This document shows, piece by piece, positions 25,801-37,600 of a DNA stretch of 64,000 nt. Under the pieces are notes generated by a model. The model did not search any database and was not told the DNA's origin. It saw only the letters and a list, made by a program, of their open reading frames with translations. The stretch comes from Phoronis australis (Eukaryota; Animalia; Phoronida). Numbering within the stretch: position 1 is the first letter of the stretch; the number at the start of each line of letters is the position of its first letter. Position numbers and translations under genes: made by a program. Where the stretch lies: the NCBI GenBank assembly GCA_002633005.1, contig NMRA01000054.1, positions 813,596 to 877,595 of the forward strand, given 5' to 3'.

Positions 25801-28800
25801 TCTGGTCGTGTAGCTTGAAGCAAATTCAAAAGTTTCATGGAACCAAAAAATTGGATGGGAAAAAGTAAAAACTCGGTAATTCCGGAAGTGCTAAAACTAG
25901 CGGCACTAGTGGATGTTTTGTGATGACTTGTCCGGCGAATGAGATATATTGCTCATTGTGTATGGCATTATTATGACGCGACTTGGATCCGCAAATAGGA
26001 ATTGTACACAAAACATACCGTGAGTGGCGTACATGAAGTAATATCCCACGAGACATTATTCGAGTATCGACAGAGACCGAAATACGCTTCGAATTCCTAA
26101 GTTTTTTTAATTTTTTCGGCAGATTTTTTAACTACTTCACTCAGACTGTTCACGTAGCGGATCACATTATATTTGTATGTACTTGCGCGTTAGGTTGCAA
26201 GTTTTTTTTTCTAGTAAAAGAAATGTTTTAAACGTAACGATCTATTAGTTGAAAAGAGATGACAAAGATGAAAACAACGGTAATTGTGCATTGACCTTGA
26301 AACATTTCCTGAAAATAGTTAAGTAACAACAATATTTGATATTGTACTTACCGAGGAATCGGCACCTGAGTTTCAGACGATATGATATTTAGGAATTGAA
26401 AACTGAGACAGAACTGTCATATAATCAACAGTTTTGTACCGTACGTTTGGGACCTGATTGCGTGTCGAGTGATATTTATACTACTGCAGGATATAAATAC
26501 GGAAAACATTATTACATGGCCTTATTGCACTCGACTGATTCAACGCGTATGGCATAAAAATGCAGCCACTTTCACGTTGTCAAAATAGATAGATAGATAT
26601 TTCCCATTCAGGTAACCACGGGGGGAGGGTATTTCATCAAGATTGACCAGGTCCATATCCCTAAAATAATTGTCAAGGTGCTTAGTAATTTAAAGCGCTA
26701 CGTAAAATCTGGCCGAATAATTACAGTGCTTTTTAATTTTGGCATTTTAATTTTATATGACCGTGTCCAAAACGTAAAATGGCGTCCAACTAAAGAAGCC
26801 CACGTGACAGAAAGCGCCAAAACATGTCGGCAGCTGTCAAATCGGTCAGCTACTCTGCTTAACTTTGGCTCTATAGTTTTAGTCATGCTTATTTCTGGTT
26901 CGAGTAAATGAAGTTGTCACTGTGCTAATTCACTTCTGATGTGTTTTTCGAACGATGCTTATTGACAAATAGTGCGTATAATCTCAATTTGGACAGTGGC
27001 AGGTATCGAAGTCTTAATTAGGCGAAGAATCTCAGTGTTGATTATGCAAGCGATCGAAGAAGACTACGTAGAGCACAACAGATTTTCTGGGCCTCATATT
27101 CACGTAAATTTACATGCGAGCTTTCTTAAAGTAGCATATTTACTGAGTGATGTATGCGGCTTTTCATTTTTTAAATTTGTATGATGTTTAGTTCAAGTGG
27201 GTGATAGACATCTTGCTTAAAGTTGTGTTAATTTGGTTTTGCGCTTCATTGTTCACAAACCCATTTTGGTGATTGCCACGGACGGCATTCAATAGTTCCT
27301 TGAAGATGTTTTGAGTAAATGAAATCTAGAAATTTGACTTTTGCGGGAAATTTTTGACACGAATTCAGGTACTCTTGAAATAAAAGAAAAATGACAAAAA
27401 TCTGGTTGGTAATGACATATTTTAACCTAATTTTCTGAAATCTAGGGTGCAAAAGCATTTGGCTTCTTGTCTCTTTGCACCTGGGTTGTCGTGAATTTGT
27501 GATTTTAGGTGTAAATAGACCATTGGTCATTTTTTGGCATCTTTTCTATTTCAGTGCACGTAGCGAGGAAAAAGATATGGCTTTTTTGAATTTGTTCATC
27601 TTTGAGAGACTCCGTCGAGTGTGATTTCTACGAGTCATGCCCTTCTAGACATGATGCAAATATGGGATTTTATTGACTCAGACGAGTGTTGACGTCAAAA
27701 TCAACCACTTGAACTTTGATGGTTGTCCTCTATAAACTTTTTGGTGGAGCCATTTCCATCGTCAATATGACATTTCTTCACTTTTTATAACAAATCTAGC
27801 CATGAACAGGTCTATTTATGACAAACACCATTTACAGTGATAACAAAAATGTTTTGAGTTTTGAATTGGATTCCCTAATTAAAAACTGGCGACCTTTGAA
27901 TGAGTTTTACTGTGCCCTGCATGAGTATGCCTTGAAATTTCACAATGAAAACTGAAACTACTTGCACAAATGGTGCCAATAAATGTTTTTAAAGGAATCG
28001 ATAAACTTGATGTTGCGAAAGTGTCATAAAATTTATGGTAAGTGGGAACACTTAAAACAAAAACAGACCACGTTTGACCATGGGTCAGTTCACTGACCAG
28101 CCATCAGCTGTACTCCCATTTGAATGGTCAACGACAGAGCAGTCAAACATGTCTTTTATTACAGTCATAATAAATTGCACTTACGTAGTAGTATCCATTC
28201 TTTAGTGCACTAGGTCATTAACAACGGAGAAACCTACAGTTTCATTTATGTTAAGCAAGGTTTTTATTACGCAATGTTCAGACGATAAATTCTGCTTCTG
28301 TGAGTAGAAGCGCGTCCTTTTGCATCCTCTGATATTTAAAGCAATAAATTAACTCTTTATTCACACCCGAAACAAGTTTTTTATTGCACAATTTCTGGAC
28401 AACAAGTTGCATTTGTGTGTGTAAAATCAAGTCTTTGAATTCCCCCCTGGGGTTTCTTTAATGAAAAGTGACTTTAGACTTTAATCACAAATTTGGTCTG
28501 GCAACCCTACATTATAATTACCAGGCTCATTAAGATACAGTTATGCAATTATTGGAGCATTACTACCGACATGCAAATTGTTTCAGTCATTATAGATGTG
28601 CTCTCAGATACTTTTAATTTTTTTAAAAAGGAGTTTCACTTATGTTTAGACATAATTATGTGGAACGTAAGACCAGATTCCTGACTCCAGTCTAAGTCAC
28701 ATTTCACGAAACAAACTCTAGATATCCACTAATTCATGTATCTAACAAGCCTATTACGCAATTCTAAGATGATTAATTTCATTTATGAGCGTATTATACA

Positions 28801-29133
28801 GTCTTTGAGTACCCCTTCGTATTCACAATAACAGCAAAAATCCGAGTTCACTAATTCTAGTGTTAAACAAATCTTTTAACATTCAAATCCAAGGTAGTTC
28901 ACTCAGTACAGTATGGTAACCATAACGACAAAAATATGTGTCCACTAAGTAAGAATTTGTTCACAATACCAGTAATGCCAATTTTAATTACAGATGTAAA
29001 ATCAGCGGGAATCACGCAAATACAATCCTACCATGATTGCGTCGTTGCCTTCAAAGTCCTCGTTGAGGCAATGCACACCAAACACCATCAAGCAGAACAC
29101 GAAAATAAGAACCGAAGTAACTTTCTTATCCAT
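22663..29133 (-). CDS. Small secreted prepro-peptide (putative neuropeptide/hormone precursor), ~103 aa
   Basis: Exon 29133-29032 reads MDKKVTSVLIFVFCLMVFGVHC-LNEDFEGNDAIM (signal peptide, donor GTAGGA, phase 0). Exon 22872-22663 follows the acceptor ttctattccctag in phase 0 and reads KNSPGFLAV-KR-KDVGAYMNSKAYTGFSLSDILDKLRVALDKNNDNGHGAQPPSVLWRH-RR-NINRKYLKN*. Minus-strand AATAAA near 22419-22424. Confidence 0.7.
26033..26490. repeat. Dispersed ~450-bp repeat (second copy ~63210-63748)
   Basis: Shared ATACGCTTCGAATTCCTAAG...GTACCGTACGTTTGGGACCTGATTGC...CTACTGCA. Confidence 0.8.
27490..27700. repeat. Old dispersed repeat (related copy ~33240-33470)
   Basis: TCGTGA.TTTGTGATTTTAGG..GGTCATTTTT.GGCATCT..ACGTAGC..TTGAGA.AC.CC.TCGAGTGTG is shared. 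Confidence 0.5.
29032..29133 (-). CDS. Prepro-peptide signal-peptide exon
   Basis: Basic n-region, hydrophobic h-region and V-H-C cleavage motif. A tacag acceptor just upstream of the ATG implies a further 5' UTR exon. Confidence 0.7.
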
Positions 29134-32100
29134 CTTGCTCTGTATTCCCAACGCTAACGATCCGACAACATGTATATATGTGCTCTGAGATAACTATTCG
29201 CTTGACGTTCATTTCCCCATAGATCACTTCTCTTCGACAACTCGTAATCGAAACAATAACAGGTTCGATTAACTAGACCTAATTAGTCGTACAGTCATTT
29301 AAACCCCGGTGGAAATTTGTTAGGTCATCCATTAGCGTGTATTTATCAACCCACATCTTTCCAGGAAGGGGTGAAATTTAGTTTTCATTGTTTATTTCAA
29401 TAAATAGTTTGGTGATAAGAACTTTGCGATATGGACGTCACCATTATCACTGCGACAACAGTTTAGATTACGTAATTCCTAACATTTAGCTTCCAGCAAA
29501 TAGAGCATTAGGAGATATACATCATAAACAGAAATTTCATTGAAAATTACAATCTATGGCTTTATCAAAATCGATTTAAGTATAGCTTACAACAGTGAAC
29601 ATTTAGTGAATGAAGGAAAATTCTCTCAGCAGCACTCTTGAAAGCAAAGATCTTTGACGATGTGTTGATATGTTCATGTTTTTATGATACCTTTTTCAAA
29701 AAAGGGGTGCATATTGACGTTTGATGACACATGTAAAATTTTGATTAATCCCCTTTCTAGACACGTTTGAGTATTATCACGTTATTTTGGTGTGCATATG
29801 TGAAGGGGAACCGCCATGACGTGTATGACGTCAATAATTCTGACCAACTGGAAATATTTCGCGAAATAACCTTTAGCAGATTAGCAGAAACGTGATGCGT
29901 AGTCCTGAAGCGCTATCCTCTACAACACTGGTTACGTCAAATTCCGGTTGTTTACATCTTGTCCAAGCGTCTTGCTAATGTCCAAGCTTAGGACAAAGTT
30001 AAGGCTTGGCGCACAATTCTTCAGATCGTCGCACCTAACCCTGTAGCATCTATATACGACCCTTCTCTCAGATGATTGCCCGGCACTGTCTAAACTCCGA
30101 GATTCTCGGACCTTGTCTATAGTGAAAATTGCTTACACTGTCATATCGCCACTGGATCCCCTCGAAAGCTTTGGCGACCAGTGGGGCGTTTGAAATTGTG
30201 GTGAAAGGTGGGAATAATAATGACGAAAGCCCCCAGACGTTTCATATCTTGGAACACTGAGAATCCGTAATACAGAACTGCTTGTTTGCCAAGACACGTG
30301 TTACCATTTTTAATGGTCCCGTGAATCTTTGACCCAGAACTTGCTGAGCACTTGTTCGCCATCTTGATGAATCTTTACTTCCTTAGAGTCACACATACTT
30401 ATTACTAACCTACATGTTTTATTATTATTATTATCTTTGAATTGTTCAACCGGGGACAACAATAGTAACTTGAGTTCTGAAGATCGGCTGAACAGACCCA
30501 CTTGTGAAAATTTGGTGTAACTCTAAGCCAGCATCGTCGTATAGCGCACTGTTCACTTTTCTCTGCACAGACAGAAAAAGCGGAAATAAACAGATCTGCA
30601 TGAACATTTAAATGTAACTACTCGTGGGGAGAAATAGATTAAATTGCAAACCTCTCGAGGAAAATCACACAACATTTTCATGCAAAGACTCACAGCCATC
30701 AAGACATTCTGACCAAACTACCAACAATTAGAGAATTATTAAAAACTAATTGCTCGGGATCGAAAGAAAGAAAGTTTGACTAACTTGAATACCACTATTC
30801 GGAAATTTGCCAAAGACAAAATAGATTAAACTTATGTGTAATGATGACATAGTGTATGTTACTATTTTGCAAGCAGTTTATCCCGTTCAATCCGCCATCT
30901 TTTTGGTCACATCACGTGACCTAATGAATATAAGTCCGAAAACATTTCTGCCCCCCACGCCTCACTGACTAAAAATATATTTATACATATGTTACTGTGC
31001 TTTCGCTTAAATAATTTGAAGTTGAATAGTATTCCTTTTACGATTGAAACATTATTTATGAAGAATATCGATAATGGAGTATAAATAACTTGATTATTTG
31101 TGCCACATTCACTGGATAGATCAGACCGTCGACCGGTTTACTTGTAAACTTTACGGATTCCATGGTGCCCAGTACTGACAATCGTTACAAACCAAAGATT
31201 TTTTATGCTATTTTGCGATATAAACTTTTCTTCTGAATCAAAAACAGGTTAAATCTAGAATGTCCCTGACTGAATTCACGAAAACATTTTTCAGGAGGGT
31301 ACCCACACCAACCAGCCAGCCATCTGTGGAATACCTCCGAGTCCGTCAGGTATCTGTGCTCATGGATTTAGAAGTCGTCTAAACATCCCTGACTGTGAAA
31401 CACGAAGGTTTAGCAGGGTTTGACGAAATCGAAGTGGTCTTTCCCCCCGTAATGATTTATACCTTCACATGGGCTTTCTAATGGTTAATGGACTCGCGTT
31501 TGAACAGCCATTTTACATGTGTTCATTCATTAAACAAACAGCTTACAGTTTATGAAGTTGAGTATGTAAATCAAGGATAAATTATCTATGTCTCACGTAA
31601 TGGCAGATTTACCATGAAGCTTGGCCTTCAGGCATTCAGTACCGGGGGGTGCCTAGTCCCGGAATTCCATTTTAAGTTGACTACGGAACGTGCTGTTTAG
31701 GATGGTGGGTGTATCTTAAAGTTTCGGGACCAGGGTTTCCCTCGCTTTACCCTCTAATAGAAGGTACAAGTAGGTAACAAAGGAGTAACATTCCAATATC
31801 TTGCTGAGATCACCCAGTGAGTCCGCCACTATGGAAGGTAAATACGTGGGAAGAATATGTGCAAAGATCTATGAGAGTCTGTGAAGCGATCAAAATGGCA
31901 CGAGAGTTTGCGAATTCCTCAGATCAAAACAAGGCCAACGCAAAACGTTAAAATGGGTCCACGGCTGTAACGCAAACCTGCAGTATAGGGGTGTTTATTA
32001 AGTTCCTACAATTTGGCCATTGTGATATCGAAGGGGAATTAAAACGACTGGTGCTGGCCCCTGCGTGATACAACTCTCAGTCAGAACCCATCAAAAATCT

Positions 32101-33551
32101 GTCAAGCTATGTTGATAATGATAATAAAAACAATCAATGTCTTGTCAAAAAGTGAAATGGTCAACAACATGTACCAATCTATCTGATAATTAACGCGCAT
32201 CATGGCCACAAACACTTGTCTCCAGTTTCATTAAAACTCGTAAAGCCGTTTTGATGATAAACAATGTACAAGTAACATCTTGCCAAAAAATGGTCAAATC
32301 GGATTCAAAATCACGTAACTAGTGTCCACTCACATCCACCATATTGTACAAAATGCTATCAAAGTCTGGAAAGTCGCTTCCACAATAATCGAAGGACAAG
32401 AAAAATTCTGCCGAAAACTAAAATGGCCAACAGAGGTTGCTAGTGCAATCATCTCGTGTGCAAAAGTCAACTGGTGCCAGTGCATTCCCAACTTATACCT
32501 CCGCCATGTCGTATTGACAATAACGACGGAGTAGCAAAATCTTACCGAAAAACAACGAGGCGGCCACGTTAGGCAAATCCGTTAGAAAATTACCTGGTAC
32601 CGACGCATTCCCAGCGACAAGTTTGATCAAAATCTATCGAGACGTTATTACACTAAATGACGGACATCGACAAACAAAGGATGTTACGGTAGCCGAATCA
32701 AATCCGTAAGAAAATCCACTGGTGTCGGCGCATACCCACCACATATCTCGACAAAATTCAGTCAGAAAAATGTTTGTTTATGGAACGTAAACAGTGAATT
32801 CTATCTGGTAATTCAACATTCCAAATTCAATCAATTCAATCCAATTCCAATCATTTCAGAGTCCGCCATTTCTCTTGATTATGGTAGTAAGGACCTCAGT
32901 CCGGACCTTGTAACTCCCTCTAAAATAAAAAATGCATGTTTAGGTTTGATGGAAATCCCGTGGTTTGAATTAGGAGCAGTTGTCACCAACGGTGTCCAGA
33001 AGTCCTTTGTAATTGCTTTGAGTGAAAGATGCTCAGATATTTGGATTATGCTCTATTCTTACTTGATACGCAGCACTTCTTTGTTTAGCGCGAAATTTTT
33101 GTTGCAAATACAGGGTAACCCTCAACGGAATAGAAATCGGAAAAATCTGATTGGCAATAAACAGAATTGATCCTGTATTGATGGAATATATAGTGCATGA
33201 GTATTAGGATTCAGTTGTCTCTGCTTTGGGATCGAGCAGTCGTGATTTTGTGATTTTAGGGAAAAAATGTAGAATTGTAATTTTCGGTCATTTTTGGCAT
33301 CTCTTTTTCTGGTGGACGTAGCACAGAAAATTGACACAGCTTTGTTGAATGTCTTTATCCTTGAGAAACACCATCGAGTGTGTATTGCTGTATGTTGTAT
33401 TTTTTCAAGCGTCTTGAGAGAAAGGGGTAACAATAGGGCTTCTATTTAACTAGAATAGCGTTAACGTGCAAATTACCCACTCGAACTGTCTTAGCCTCAA
33501 TGCTTCGAGCATACTCACGAAACGCTTACACGGAACGCTATCCACTTTTAA

Positions 33552-34628
33552 GGTAGGTGTATACACTGATCAAATCTCCAGGTTCCTAACTAAAATGAGT
33601 AAAAAGGGAGTTTTAACTAGTTAGACATGACTCTGAAAGTGACAAAAATCGAAAAAAAAAGTTTTTTATGTAGTTCGTTTTTTTAAAAAATCGTATTTTT
33701 TAATTTTCAAAAAATCCAATTTTACCTCGATTTTTATTTGAAAATGCACAGGGATCATCATCAACTGTTTCCTTACGCAATATTCTACTTATCCATACCA
33801 AATTTATGTACAAAATCATTATGATCTTGATTTTGTGGCATTTTTTGTGTTTGAGTTGGGGCAAGCACGCCACTTTTTGTCATTTGATCACTTTCCGTCT
33901 TATAACTAAAAATCTGGTCCATTTATCAAAAAACCCTGGCACGCGATTTTACTTCAGTCCAAGAGGATTTCAAATTTGCAACTTTCGTAAAAATTGACCC
34001 ACGTGTTGTGGAAAAATAGGCCCGAGAATCTTGTCACTATCCTGAAATCACGAGCCGAGAAAAACGGCTTTGAAGTTAAGCGGTCCATCGATTGCCACTT
34101 GAGATCAAATTTCGTTCAGAATGCGTGGTCATTATGTTCCAATTTTTGTTGAAATACTAGAAATAAAGCTGATACTTACTTCATGTTTAGAAAATGTGAT
34201 ATAGCTCTTTGTTTACAGCGTAATTTTAATCATTTTTTCGAACTTGTGAAGCACGACAGACGACCAAAACAAATATGGCTGTCACGTGGGCGGAGCTTAG
34301 CGTTGATCTATCGTCTGCTGTACTGGTGTGCCGACCACACATTAAAACCATGTGTTGATTGTTTACACGATTCATCTGAACTCTCCACTCAGTATAGTAA
34401 AAGACACTCTATATGACACAGACTTATTTGTTAGTATTCCAATATTATTATCAACCAATATATGTGTTATATCAAATCGCCGNGGTCAAATATAGCTAAA
34501 AAAACAACTTTGGATTTTCAGAATGATTTTATTTTTCTTCAGTATACTGTGCATCAAGAATTAAGGATTAGGATGACATAAAAATGTAAAAAACAGTCAA
34601 AATTATTTTTTTTGTGTATCCACCTACC
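33552..34628. mobile_element. Non-autonomous Kolobok-like element (1077 bp)
   Basis: TTAA at 33548-33551 and 34629-34632; TIR GGTAGGTGTATACAC / GGTAGGTGGATACAC (14/15); no coding capacity seen. Confidence 0.75.
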
Positions 34629-37600
34629 TTAAGAACTACAAGCAGTAATTGGTAGGAGATGCAGTGATAATAGTACCAGGCGTTGACGTTATGCCATAAG
34701 CATGACTCGAGCACACGTATGGCCATCATTTAAGGTCCGTTGACGAAAGAATCTTGTGGAAATGCTAAATCACAAGAGTGAAATGCGAATATTTCGCGAG
34801 TTTGCTTGGGACTTTTACAACGTAATTTAGCAAAATGGCAAGCTCATTTATAAAAGGTAGGCAAAAGTTGATCAGAACAAAACATAGGGACGTGGACGGT
34901 TGACTTGAATTGGTTACTTACTGTACTTCAGATGGCAGGCTTGGACACAATTTAAGTCATTAGAAGAAGTATCTAGTTTTCTAAAATACGTACGGCAGTG
35001 GGTCAGTCATGTAGGATATATTTAATTTCAAATTTTCCAACACCAGGACTCCGCTCTTGGAAGAAACCTGTTCGATTTTGTTGTCGTTTTACACACGTCC
35101 ACGTTTTGGTGGTGGTTTTAGATCCTGCAAGCAGGGGTCATATGGCGAAAATCTATATTTTAATTGACATATCCGTGTTGGTGAATTCAGTTTTTGCAGT
35201 TGAATTTTGTCATTTTAAAAGCCTAGTAATTCATGAATGAAGTTATTATTTAAAACAACCAAAATGTCAAAACTCTTCATGCAAAGAACGTGACTCATTA
35301 CAGTTTTCAAGGCTTTGTCAAACGTTTGGCCTATGGAAAATAGGAGACAAATTTTCATTGGTTGATATTCACGGTGATACAGTAGCTCCATGCTTGCAAT
35401 GTTTATGGCCCAGTCTGTACGATCTACACACTTCCTGGGAGGCAACATTTAGTCCTAATTCCGAAGTCAATAACAATTTTGTCGGCACTAGCTACAGTTC
35501 TCTAGTTCTGGCACAATAGGAGGCAAATTTGCTTATGACAAGTGGCCTGTGGAAAATACGACACAAATTTGCATTGACCGTTATTTACGTAGTCCAGCAG
35601 CCCCACATTTGCAGTGTTAAGAACCCAGTTTGTGCGGTCTGCAGATATTCTGGAGGGCAACATTTAGTACATTTTTGTCCCATGCCTATAAGAATTAGGT
35701 CAGCAGCCCAAGTTCTGTTGTTTTAAAGTTCTTCAATGCCTTGGACAACTTTATTGCCACGTTGCGAATACTGCTTTAAATTGTCAACACTTGCTGATAG
35801 TTTGGCGATTTGATCTTTCAACTGCTTTCCGCCTGATTTTTCTCGTCAATTATTGCCCCTTAGAAAGACTTTATCTCGTCCCAGGCGTGCCGGAACAAAT
35901 AGTCTTCCAAGTGTGTTTATCACTTGAGGCGACGTCACAGCTATATTTTGAGTTTGGCGATTCCGCCGCTTTAACCAGTTTCGCGTTATGGCAGGGCCAC
36001 GGGACGAAAGCTGGTTGCAGGGTTTTCTTTTATTTTTTTGCTTAAAGGGGTGCTGAACTGGCTTTGTAACTATTAACAGGTATTAGAGACGACTATCCTG
36101 TCTAGCTCTCTAAATTCAAACGTAATCCTCGTCAACCCTCAAAAGCTTGGAACGAGTTCGAAAATTACTTACAACGTATGCTTAACCGGCATGGGTGACT
36201 AACGCTTTAAGCGAGGTACACGACAGCTGTGTGGAAAGGCATCCACAAAAAACAGAGTATTCACTTCATGACACCCTGGGCATGTGTTTTCAGTTGACTA
36301 CTGCTTTCATTACTCAGGTGAACACGCAGGCCCATTAGCACGCGACAGAACAAGGTATGGCAATGGCCGAAATTCCCCAAAACAGGGTTTAGTATCCTTT
36401 TACTCGTTCAAAGGCGTTACGCTTCCGTGAATTCTCATCACTGACATTAGTAGATATTAATGACAACTAGCTGAAAATGCGATTAAATACGATGAAATGA
36501 CTGGAAATATTCGTGATAAAAAAGAACATGTAGCAGGAAAACAATCACGACGTCCCTTCTCAGTTCCACTTGTACATCGTATTCGTTTAGCTACATTTAG
36601 TTGCTTTTAATCAAGGCCTATACGATAAGTATGGGTATATAATCGATTGACTTGTTATACATGTCGAGAAACCCCACTTCGCCGGAGTTAAGATAAGTAG
36701 ACTTGAATGAATTCATATTTTCATGGTAATGTCACTGCAATAATGGGTATGTGTTCTGTTCACGTGTGCCATACTGTACTAGTGCACAGAAGCGAACTGC
36801 ACAAAAATTGAGGATGTTATTTTTCAGCAAAGTAATGACATATTATCATGGGTGGCGCACCATTGGAGGCTGGGGGGGGGGGGGGGNNNNNGGGGGGGGG
36901 GGGGTATAACCCACTCACTTTTTTCAGTGCTGCGTCACTAATGATTATGATGATGTCAAAATAATTATCATGAATTGAAAAATCAATGATGCTTCCGATG
37001 CTTCCTGGTATTACATAAGACTCAAGACAATTTCAAGAACTGCGGTTTGAGTTAAGAAAATCGCATTTAAGTTCACGTGTTAATTTTAGTATTCAAAAAT
37101 TCACACTCAACGGTTACGTGGCGGTGATCTAGACCACGTGTCTTGAACGGCGTTCGGCGTTTCACCATGCAGAATGCTTTTGGCCAGGAATGAAAACATT
37201 CCTTCATCAGCCTAAATATTTGTGTATCCTGCCACCGAACAATAACAGAAGTTTTCAGATAACGGTAAATCCGACGTGACGATTTCAACTTGGTGTAGCC
37301 GTGCGGTGATAACGTCTTTTATTAGTCGGCACAGATGTTTTACGGCATTGAGTCAAAAAGAACCCTAATGACTGGTCGTCTACAGAACATATTTTCACGA
37401 CTCAAGTGTTAACTGAAATTATGATTCCGTGAGCCACCGGCAGTCTTTTACATTGAGCGCTAATTTCGAGTCTACCCAGGTATGTTTTGTGTTTTATTTA
37501 TAGATACGTTCTCGAACGAGTAAATTAGCGATCTTTCGCTAGAAAATTCCGCAGTACACTGGCAATAGAAGCGATAACACGGTGGCTTGTGTTGACGTTG

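Noticed and set aside
36869-36904. Long poly-G tract as a regulatory G-quadruplex
   Set aside because: It contains Ns, so its length is unresolved, and it lies in a partial GC-rich MITE-like sequence.
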